A DNA stretch of 64,000 nucleotides, from the NCBI GenBank assembly GCA_963787835.1, contig CAWBEI010000002.1, positions 224,001 to 288,000 on the forward strand, written 5' to 3'. This DNA is from Ignavibacteriota bacterium. GTDB taxonomy: Bacteria > Bacteroidota > Ignavibacteria > Palsa-1295. Within the stretch, counting starts at the first letter, position 1, and every line of letters starts with the position of its first letter. Positions 42,801 through 51,609 of this stretch are shown one piece after another. A program made the translations under genes and the position numbers. The notes beneath the pieces are model-generated. The model did no database searches, had not been told where the DNA came from, and was given only the letters and a program-made list of their open reading frames with translations.

Positions 42801-43532
42801 CGTACCACCCGTCGCGCTATTATCAATGTTGGTGGTCGGATTCGAACCACTGTTATTGAGGCCACCGCCGCTTGGCGTGAGGATTCCACCAGAGAAGCTT
42901 GCCTGGCCCTGGTTCGTTACATACCATGAGTCGCCAGAAATGTCATCACTGCCCGCCGCACCAGTATTTGTTACCGTAAGTGGGGTGGTAGCCGTTGAGG
43001 AGCTGAAGTTTTGCGCACCCGTCCATGTGTTAGGATTCGTAAGGTTGATACCGAGAGCATTGGTGCTAACCGTCAACGTGCTATTGATGTCCAGCACATT
43101 AGCATCCAAGGAGCCAACGGCAACTTGGCCGATTCCACTGCCGTAGTTATTGAGTGCTCCAACGATGTCCGTTCCAGCGGTATTTTCAATGACCGTAGCT
43201 GCGGACGTCCCCCCCACATCACCGCTCAAATTCACGGTGAGTCCGGAGGCAGGGTTGGTCCAGCTCAGACCCCCCGTCGTGGTGTTCATGGTAAGCACAT
43301 ACCCGACAACGCCGCCAGGCTCCGTGCCCGGGAACGTCAGCGTGAACGAGTTTGCCGCAGGAACGGCCGCGTTAAGCGTCACCGTTTTTCCGGTGTTCGT
43401 TCCCCCTCCGGCAAGTATCACTTCCGTGCTGAAGTCGGATTTATAGGTTTGCGCGTTCACAGTAGTGGCCGGCAGCAGCATCGCATATGCAGCAAGCATC
43501 GCGACTGGAATCGCAAGTTTAAGGTATTTCAT
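39873..43532 (-). CDS. Large secreted fibre-like protein (head type 2), 1219 aa
   Basis: AQTYKSDFSTEVILAG; N-terminal third closely similar to the 36192-39644 protein; repeated GDSSTT...VNFTG modules; ends LIYDGSKWRLIGAE. Confidence 0.85.
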   Translation of the reverse strand: MKYLKLAIPVAMLAAYAMLLPATTVNAQTYKSDFSTEVILAGGGTNTGKTVTLNAAVPAANSFTLTFPGTEPGGVVGYVLTMNTTTGGLSWTNPASGLTVNLSGDVGGTSAATVIENTAGTDIVGALNNYGSGIGQVAVGSLDANVLDINSTLTVSTNALGINLTNPNTWTGAQNFSSSTATTPLTVTNTGAAGSDDISGDSWYVTNQGQASFSGGILTPSGGGLNNSGSNPTTNIDNSATGGTNNIGNSTSTTNVYGNTNINSPVTGPDANTDIDATGDKGVVTIGNNGTGSGDSSTTYLAGAVDFTGTVQLPSGSVTAGSIGLTNQYMLVGNTSNDATPLAPSANSVLITNAASPIGTPQWSQTLPSGLTYPAAQITGAGNIGGSTVINTTGSIQTTGILRTTGGGAADINTTGTSPVNIGDTSGAMNINIGNSAGPSTTTVLGNTNINSPATGPDNNTDIDATGSMGVVTIGNNGTAGATPPYSDSSTTYLAGAVNFTGTVNIPAGDLNLGLASADIFVGNGATPSIATGVAMSGDVHIDNTGKTTIQPSAVTNGDLANDATTVTAGSGLSGGGSAVLGSGTTLSINDAYGNTWSTLQTFNGGLTETGNANLNNSPANTVVNSTTNIDAGTGTEGVINIGNNGGTTPGDSSTTNMAGTVNFTGAVNIPAGDLNLGLAYENIFVGNNGTPNVAAPLAPSSNSVFITAGSDHTTPEWATTLPSDLTIPTLTASSSTNGVAGAALSLNNTDVSGTSLDVSGTGNTWNVTNTGVATFNGGVNTSDGNASNISNTIGSSGTGSTTTINGANTNINNSTTGSIVNSTTNLDAGVGSEGVINIGNNGSVGNPGDSSTTNIAGAVNFTGAVNIPAGDLNLGLASADIFVGNGATPSIATGVAMSGDVHIDNTGKTTIQPSAVTNGDLANDATTVTAGSGLSGGGSAVLGSGTTLSINDAYSNSWSTLQTFSTVTSTGNTTIDVPSPAGATGTTNINAGTGTTLGNINIGNNGTAHTIGTLDSSLTTINGDVNLTGNVDFTGTVKLPAGSVTPSSLSLTTSHLFVGNASSDAEDVGMTGDAGIVFTAGTPDVGKVTVSAASGASGFTVTNATQLNGTLTAVGQTTLGSTALSSATVAAAATLTLTTSNSAYLLTATAAPVTVNSITGANTTAGQIITLVNTDPTNNITLHSNGSLVLNGGDVIMTPGGSVTLIYDGSKWRLIGAE
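40681..42050 (-). repeat. Near-identical internal duplication of about 0.27-0.3 kb, offset 1086 bp
   Basis: AGDLNLGLASADIFVGNGATPSIA...LSINDAY is encoded twice (blocks begin at + positions 40681 and 41767). Confidence 0.85.
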
Positions 43533-43616
43533 GTGTTGTTTCGTGAATTAGATTAATGGAGATGAAGTTAGGAATAATCGCAAAAATCGCTAAGTTATCG
43601 CAAAAACACTTTGTAG

Positions 43617-45017
43617 CTAATCGTTTGTCGAGACCAGTACCCACTTACCAAGGTGAGATGGGTCCGCATTGTCGTTCGTGTCGTAAAGAAATGTTGCCGC
43701 CCCTTTTTGGCCAAGTAGAATGGGCTTGCCGCCAGGGAGATCGAACTCGTCCACGGAAGCAGAATTCGCATCCAGGTTCGTGATCTGGATGATGTCGCCA
43801 GGATCGCTGCTCACGTTTGCGATCGTTACCATTCTACCGTCTGGAACGCTCGTGCTTGAAATTCCGCTGACGTTGATCTGCTTCGCAGGACTATTGGTGT
43901 TCGAAAGACGAATATACCCAACGGAATTAGCAACTGTATAAGGACTTTGATCCGTCGAGACGGCGTCAGATGCAATTGTTGGGGTTACTGTCGCCCCGTT
44001 GGTGATGTAGGACACCGCATGGGTGGTAGGATCCACGCCAAGCACCTGTCCGTCTGTACCCTGAGGAAGTCTTGAGAGGGCCGTTGTAGAACTTGCAACA
44101 AGAATGTCTCCGGTGGCGTACGTGCTATTGCCAGTTCCTCCTGCGACAGCGTTGACGGGTGCTGCCGGAGCATTCGCATTCAGCGAGGCCGCGATGTCGG
44201 TGCTGGCCGATTGGTTCGCCGCGATCGTTGGATTTGGATAGGTATTTGCAAGGTCGCCTCCGGCATTTCCGGAGGGAGCCGCTCCGATGGCGGTAAGTTG
44301 TCCGCCTGGGGTGACCGTGATGGTCGTATTATCAACAGAAACCACGCCAACGGAACTGGACGTTGCGATCGGAAGGTCTCCCGTGGGAATCGTTCCGGTG
44401 TTCGTTAAATTATCATTAGCATCGGTAAAGACCGGCATCGAGGCCGTAAGGCCAGCGATGTTCACATTTCCGGAGGTAACCGAAAGCGCGGTACCGCTCG
44501 CAACGGTATTGCTCGCTACGATCGGTGCGTTCGCATTAGATATATTCGAAAAGCTTTTTTGACCACTAATTGCCTGAGCGCCCTGGGTCATGACGAAACT
44601 CGCATTGGCTCCGGATGCTGGGATTGTGTCGATAAATGTGGATGTGCCTGGGTTCGCGGCCTGAATTTTAACATAGCCGTTTCCTCCAACATTGTAGAAT
44701 TTGAGCGTTCCCGTAAGCGGGGTGTAGGGAGTGAGCGCATTAGATGGTTCGCCGATATTAGCGTTTTGAAGATGAAGTATTTGCTCCTCACCCATATTGA
44801 GATTGGAGACGGAACGGCCGTTAAACGTGAGCGTGTTCGAGTTTGAACCGCCGAGGACCAGATTCCCGTCGATCGTGGTGTTGCCAGAAGATGTATTAAG
44901 AAATACATCCTGCTGAACGGTCAGGGTTCCATTGATGACTTGATTCTGCGCGAATACCGTATCAACTCCTCCGAGCAGGAAGAGGCACGCTAAGCCTATT
45001 TTAGTTATTTTTTGCAT
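43617..45017 (-). CDS. Secreted fibre-like protein (head type 2), about 466 aa
   Basis: Signal peptide AQNQVING; PSGNAGGDLANTYPNPT and GGTGNSTYATGDILVA modules; ends FLYD...GKWVLVSTND. Confidence 0.8.
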   Translation of the reverse strand: MQKITKIGLACLFLLGGVDTVFAQNQVINGTLTVQQDVFLNTSSGNTTIDGNLVLGGSNSNTLTFNGRSVSNLNMGEEQILHLQNANIGEPSNALTPYTPLTGTLKFYNVGGNGYVKIQAANPGTSTFIDTIPASGANASFVMTQGAQAISGQKSFSNISNANAPIVASNTVASGTALSVTSGNVNIAGLTASMPVFTDANDNLTNTGTIPTGDLPIATSSSVGVVSVDNTTITVTPGGQLTAIGAAPSGNAGGDLANTYPNPTIAANQSASTDIAASLNANAPAAPVNAVAGGTGNSTYATGDILVASSTTALSRLPQGTDGQVLGVDPTTHAVSYITNGATVTPTIASDAVSTDQSPYTVANSVGYIRLSNTNSPAKQINVSGISSTSVPDGRMVTIANVSSDPGDIIQITNLDANSASVDEFDLPGGKPILLGQKGAATFLYDTNDNADPSHLGKWVLVSTND

Positions 45018-45112
45018 GTTTCGCAATGTTCACAAAATTCGCACTTGTAACCCTCATCCAGCCCCGCGATGCATCACCATAATGCGGCGCGAAACCGGAA
45101 AAAAGACCGAAC

Positions 45113-48100
45113 CTATCGGCTCGGATTCACAATTATATAACCTACATTCACCGTCTTATTTGCCGTTGAAGTTTTACCGCTCAGTACATTCTGAGTAAGC
45201 ACCAAAGTAAAGTGACCGCTTGTCTGCCCCGTCGCTTGCACCGTGTATGTTGACTTTCCAGCATCGGGATCATTTTGAACCGTCGCCATAATAATGCTTG
45301 TAGATGAGCAGTACTCATTGCCCACCTGAAAATCTGCTTCTTGAATGTAAGGACCAGATTCAGATGCAAATCCCGACGCAAGTTGAACCAACCCCGAAGG
45401 GCCTTCCGATCCGGATACAGCGTTGTTTACCGTCGTGACACCGCTGCCGTTTTCGCCGTTCGGATTCGACGTCATTCCCATCGTCAGCTCACCGTTCTCG
45501 ACATCCAGCGCCACATTTGTTTGGCCGTCTCCCGTTTCCCCATTTCCGCCCTGCGCAAGCACGCCGATGCTTTCAGTGTTGGTGGCAGAATTGCCGCTCG
45601 CAAGACCCCAAACGCCAATTACGGTTCTTCCCGAGGAATTACCTGCGGTTCCGACCGCCTCACCACGAACGCCAAAGGAGCCCGTGAAACCAGAGCCGCC
45701 AAAATTATAGTCATTATTCAGTTCACTATACGAGGTGGTCGCGTTGGTTACACCATAGATTCCAGAAATAGAGCCTTGTGCAAGAATACCGTTCGGGTAA
45801 TTAGCACTTGTAATTCCGATAGCAGCACCTGAATGGTTTGTATTGTCGGAGTTCGAACCCGCCATCTTGATCGAGTAAGTAGGAGTCGATGCCGTGCTGG
45901 AAAGCCCACCCGCAGTAAAAATATCACCTGAAACGCCCTCCAATTTGGCTGCGATGTCCGGTGCATGTGTGGTACCTACAAGGAGGCCAAAAGAACCCGC
46001 TGTAGCAGTAGTCGTTCCGTTGACGGTAATTCCAGCCGAGGATGCACCCGGTGTGAAAGTCGCCGCGATTGCAGTGTTGGTCGATGTGCTGCCGGTTGCA
46101 GAAACATTCAGACCGGTTGCAGTTCCACCGGATGTAGCAATAGACTTAATAGTGGCCCCCAACGCGCTTGCAACACCCGCAGAAGGGTATTCCACATCAA
46201 ATAGCTCATCTCCCGTAGTCGCCGTAATCTGTGCATTGGCAGGAGCGACATTATAATTCACGGCTGTACCGGTGTTCACAGTATTAAGCACTGTACCGTT
46301 AAAGGTTAGCCCCGATCCCAGCGTGATCTCGCTCGGAGCGGCCGATGCTCCGGTCGGATTACCGAGAAGAGTGACCGTGCTTTCCTGCTGAATATCGCCA
46401 TACGTCACTGCATTCGCGGTGATCGATGTGGCATTACCAACCGACGTCACCGGACCCGTCAGGTTCGCATCCGTCGTTACCGTGGCCGCATTACCAGAGA
46501 TGCTGATCCCCGCTGTGCCCGCCGAAATATTCGCCGCCGTCAGGTTCGTGAGTGCCGAGCCATTACCCGCAGCATAGTTCGTACCTGTTAACGTATTCAT
46601 CGCCGCAGTCACCGTGATCGGCGCAGCGCCCGTGAACGTCACACCGTTGATCGTTGCACCCGGAGAAAGCGCGGAAGCCGTCGCTGCATTACCCGATGTG
46701 TTCGACGTGATCGTAGCCGGAAGGTCCGTCGCTGCGATCGAACGGAAGGCCGGAACACTGCCCGCCGTCGTATTCGCAAAAAATTGATTTGCACTCGCTA
46801 CCGTCGATAATGTAAACGACAGTGCAGGAGTCGATGTCGGCGTGGCAACCGACGTCGTGAACAATGGGCTCAAGTTGCCGCTCGAGAACGAGGTAACTGT
46901 GCCGCCGCTACCGGTGGCTGTCAGGGTCGTTCCACTAAAGGCAAGACCGGAGCCGAGCGTGATCTCGCTCGGAGCGGCCGATGCTCCGGTCGGATTACCG
47001 AGAAGAGTGACCGTGCTTTCCTGCTGAATATCGCCATACGTCACTGCATTCGCGGTGATCGATGTGGCATTACCAACCGACGTCACCGGACCCGTCAGGT
47101 TCGCATCCGTCGTTACCGTGGCCGCATTACCAGAGATGCTGATCCCCGCTGTGCCCGCCGAAATATTCGCCGCCGTCAGGTTCGTGAGTGCCGAGCCATT
47201 ACCCGCAGCATAGTTCGTACCTGTTAACGTATTCATCGCCGCAGTCACCGTGATCGGCGCAGCGCCCGTGAACGTCACACCGTTGATCGTTGCACCCGGA
47301 GAAAGCGCGGAAGCCGTCGCTGCATTACCCGATGTGTTCGACGTGATCGTAGCCGGAAGATCCGTTGCCGCGATCGAACGGAACGCCGGAGTGCTGCCAC
47401 CGGTCGTGTTCGCGAAAAATTGATTCGCTGCAGTCACCGTCGATAATGTGAATGACAGTGCAGGAGTCGATGTCGGCGTGGCAACCGACGTCGTGAACAA
47501 TGGGCTCAAGTTGCCGCTCGAGAACGAGGTAACTGTGCCGCCGCTACCGGTGGCTGTCAGGGTCGTTCCACTAAAGGCAAGACCGGAGCCGAGCGTGATC
47601 TCGCTCGGAGCGGCCGATGCTCCGGTCGGATTACCGAGAAGGGTGACCGTACTTTCCTTCTGAATATCGCCGTACGTCACTGCATTCGCCGTGATCGATG
47701 TGGCATTACCAACCGACGTGACCGGACCCGTCAGGTTCGCATCCGTCGTTACCGTCGCCGCATTGCCACTGGTGCTGTTCGTGATCGCGCCGCTGCATCG
47801 ATAACCGATGCCGAGATGCTGCCCACTGTCGGGTTCGGATAGGTGCCCGTCAGGCCGCCGCCCGCTGTGCCGCTGGGTGCCGCTGTCACCGTAATGTTCG
47901 AACCGCCTGTGAAGAGTACACCATTGATCTGGGCACCCGGAGAAAGCGCGGAAGCCGTCGCTGCATTACCCGATGTGTTCGATGTGATCGTAGCCGGAAG
48001 GTCCGTTGCTGCGATCGAACGGAAGGCCGGAACACTGCCCGCCGTCGTATTCGCAAAAAATTGATTTGCACTCGCTACCGTCGATAATGTGAATGACAGT

Positions 48101-50835
48101 GCAGGGGTCGAGGTCGGCGTGGCAACCGACGTTGTGAACAATGGGCTCAAATTCCCGCTTGAGAACGAGGTAACCGTTCCGCCGCTACCGGTAGCCGTCA
48201 GGGTCGTTCCACTAAAGGCGAGACCGGAGCCAAGCGTGATCTCGCTCGGAGCGGCCGATGCTCCGGTCGGATTACCAAGAAGGGTGACCGTGCTTTCCTT
48301 CTGAATATCGCCGTACGTCACCGCATTTGCTGTGATCGATGTGGCATTACCAACCGACGTCACCGGACCCGTCAGGTTCGCATCCGTCGTTACCGTGGCC
48401 GCATTACCAGAGATGCTGATCCCCGCTGTGCCCGCCGAAATATTCGCCGCCGTCAGGTTCGTGAGTGCCGAGCCATTACCCGCAGCATAGTTCGTACCTG
48501 TTAACGTATTCATCGCCGCAGTCACCGTGATCGGCGCAGCGCCCGTGAACGTCACACCGTTGATCGTTGCACCCGGAGAAAGCGCGGAAGCCGTCGCTGC
48601 ATTACCCGATGTGTTCGACGTGATCGTAGCCGGAAGGTCCGTTGCTGCGATCGAACGGAACGCAGGAACACTGCCCGCCGTCGTATTCGCAAAAAATTGA
48701 TTTGCACTCGCTACCGTCGATAATGTGAATGACAGTGCAGGAGTCGAGGTCGGCGTGGCAACTGACGTCGTGAACAATGGGCTCAAGTTGCCGCTCGAGA
48801 ACGAGGTGAGCGATCCACTGTTTGTAGTGTTCAAAACAGAGCCCGTAAAGCTTAAACCCGAACCCAGCGTGATCTCGCTCGGAGCCTGGTTCGTCGCAGC
48901 CGTCGGATTGCCAAGCAATGTGGTGTGCGTCTCGTTCTGAATATTCGCATACGTCACTGCACCATTCGTGATCGTCGTCGCATTACCGACCGATGTGACC
49001 GGACCCGTCAGGTTCGCATCCGTCGTTACCGTGGCCGCATTGCCACTGGTGCTGTTCGTGATCGCGCCCGCTGCATCGATAACCGATGCCGAGATGCTGC
49101 CTACCGTCGGGTTCGGATAGGTGCCCGTCAGGCCGCCGCCCGCTGTGCCGCTGGGTGCCGCTGTCACCGTAATGTTCGAACCGCCTGTGAAGAGTACACC
49201 ATTGATCTGGGCACCCGGAGAAAGCGCGGAAGCCGTCGCTGCATTACCCGATGTGTTCGATGTGATCGTAGCCGGAAGGTCCGTTGCTGCGATCGAACGG
49301 AAGGCCGGAACACTGCCCGCCGTCGTATTCGCAAAAAATTGATTTGCACTCGCTACCGTCGATAATGTGAATGACAGTGCAGGGGTCGAGGTCGGCGTGG
49401 CAACCGACGTTGTGAACAATGGGCTCAAATTCCCGCTCGAAAATGAGGTGAGCGATCCACTATTCGTGGTGTTCAAAACAGAGCCCGTAAAGCTTAAACC
49501 CGATCCCAACGTGATCTCGCTCGGAGCCTGGTTCGTCGCAGCCGTCGGATTGCCAAGCAATGTGGTGTGCGTCTCGTTCTGAATATTCGCATACGTCACT
49601 GCACCATTCGTGATCGTCGTCGCATTACCAACCGAGGTCACCGGACCCGTCAGATTCGCATCCGTGGTTACCGTGGCCGCATTGCCACTGGTGCTGTTCG
49701 TGATCGCGCCCGCTGCATCGATAACCGATGCCGAGATGCTGCCTACTGTGGGGTTCGGATAGGTGCCCGTCAGGCCGCCGCCCGCTGTGCCGCTGGGTGC
49801 CGCTGTCACCGTAATGTTCGAAGCACCCGTGAAGTTTACACCGTTGATCTGGGCACCCGGAGAAAGCGCTGAAGCCGTCGCTGCATTACCCGTCGTGTTC
49901 GACGTGATCGTAGCCGGAAGGTCCGTTGCTGCGATCGAACGGAACGCCGGAGCGCTACCACCCGCTAAGTTAGCGAAAAATTGATTTGCACCCGCCACCG
50001 TCGATAACGTGAACGACAGCGCTGGGGTCGTCGTCGGTGTCGCAACCGATGTTGTGAACAATGGACTCAGGTTCCCACTTGAAAACGACGTCACGGTACC
50101 ACTGCTCGCCGTGACATTCAATGTGGTTCCGGAAAAGCTAAGCCCAGAACCCAGCGTGATCTCCTCCGGAGCCTGTCCTGATCCCGTCGGATTGCCCAAC
50201 AAAGAGTGAGCACCCTCATTCTGGATCTTACCGTAGGAAATGGTGCTATTTGTGATGTCATTGTTAACTATGGCACTCCAGCTTGGCGGCGTTGAGCCAT
50301 GCAACACCGTGTTCGCACCACCGTTCGCGATAGTAACGAAATTCCCGCTGCCATCGGTCGAGACATTCGAATTCGGAGTCAAGGCACCGGCTGCCGTTAC
50401 GATCCCAAGTTGTGCCGTCGTGGCATAGTCCCACGCACCATCGCTTCCGCCGTTATGGCCATCGCCGCTTAAGCTTGGCTGGTTCGGATACAGCCAGTAG
50501 GGAATAGTTACCGTGGTAGGATACGGAGACGCTGTTGGTGTTAATGGGCCAACATAAAGAAATCCGCTCTGGGCATTATTCGTCGGAGGAATGGGAACTT
50601 CCCAGATAAGAGGCGCATACGGCGGCGAGGTATGAGACCAGGCATTTGCTTCCGGACTTCCATAGAGCGGCGCCTGAATTGAAACGGTGTGTCCATGATA
50701 ATCATCCAGCACGAGCGCACCGCCCGCAATACCTCGAACCTGACCGATGGCATCTTGAGTTAACACGGTTCCCGCAAAGGCAACGAGAAAAAGGCATGCA
50801 CGAAAGGGAGAAGGGGAAAGATTGGCTTTTTTCAT
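45113..50835 (-). CDS. Giant secreted repeat fibre protein (about 1907 aa after repairing a 1-nt deletion near 47790; LDD tag, head type 3)
   Basis: Joins ORFs 47749-50982 and 45113-47680. One repeat copy reads gcgcc-gctg where sister copies read gcgcccgctg, giving 641 rather than 642 bp. Signal peptide starts at ATG 50835. Confidence 0.85.
46290..50100 (-). repeat. Six tandem 636/642-bp coding repeats
   Basis: Homologous anchors at 46812, 47448, 48089, 48725, 49367 and 50009 (spacings 636, 641, 636, 642, 642). Confidence 0.92.
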
Positions 50836-51609
50836 CACAAAACTATGAATGCTATTAAGAGTAATGATCCACCCGAAAAAGTACTTTTTAATTTTTATCG
50901 CAGCTCGACTATTCCTCACCGTCACGCAGGAACTATTGTATCCCGGAACTATAACGCGCGACATTCTCTCACGTGCGACCAATGAGAAACAGATTTACGT
51001 AATCCGGTCGTTTCCAACCCGTTCCACGCAAACATCGTTCGATGTCACCATCGAAGCAGGATGAAAGTTTTCGGCCCGCACCCTCTCGTTCGTTATACTT
51101 TATGCAACCAAGAAACATCTCGCAGACGGGATCGCAAAAAACCCGCCCATCGATACATGCTCGCCGCCATAAGCGAGATTCAAGTCAGAATCCGAGGCTC
51201 CAACGATCCTATTCGCAAAAACAAGGATGAAAGAGAATATCGCATTCCCATAGATCGCACTAGCTCCCGGCCTCCCAGCTAACAGATAAGCGTTAGTAAA
51301 CATTATGCCAACCGGGAAAACCGCTTTATTTTGCCAATTTCAAAGGTTGTCTTTATGACATTGTCCGTTTATGAAACAAAAATATCAAATTGTTTTTCAA
51401 AATCGGACAAGAACAGAAAACGCTTTTAATTAGAAAACTAAGTGCTAAATAAATGCAGGGATCTAAGGTTTGAAATCAATATACTATGATTATAGCTCTA
51501 TTCTGATTTCTTTCGTTAGAAGTGATGTCATGACAGCATCCATCTGAAATAGGTTTCTTAAAAAAATAACGGAGAAAAGTATTTCTTTCAGAAACCCCAT
51601 CTTCCTCGT

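Noticed and set aside
46290-50100. CRISPR array or other non-coding repeat array
   Set aside because: The units are 636/642-bp in-frame coding repeats with no spacers and no cas genes.
29657-50430. Many long plus-strand ORFs over the fibre array (for example 41394-42929, 511 aa, and 40678-41757, 359 aa)
   Set aside because: Antisense shadows of Thr/Gly/Ala/Ser-rich genes; they have no motifs and lie entirely opposite well-formed genes.
29740-50835. Prophage, tailocin or eCIS tail region
   Set aside because: No sheath, tube, baseplate, capsid, terminase, integrase or lysis genes, and every fibre has a host-type signal peptide.
51061-51303. Small ORFs in the array leader (51100-51303 minus, 51061-51282 plus)
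   Set aside because: Short, mutually overlapping and without recognisable features.
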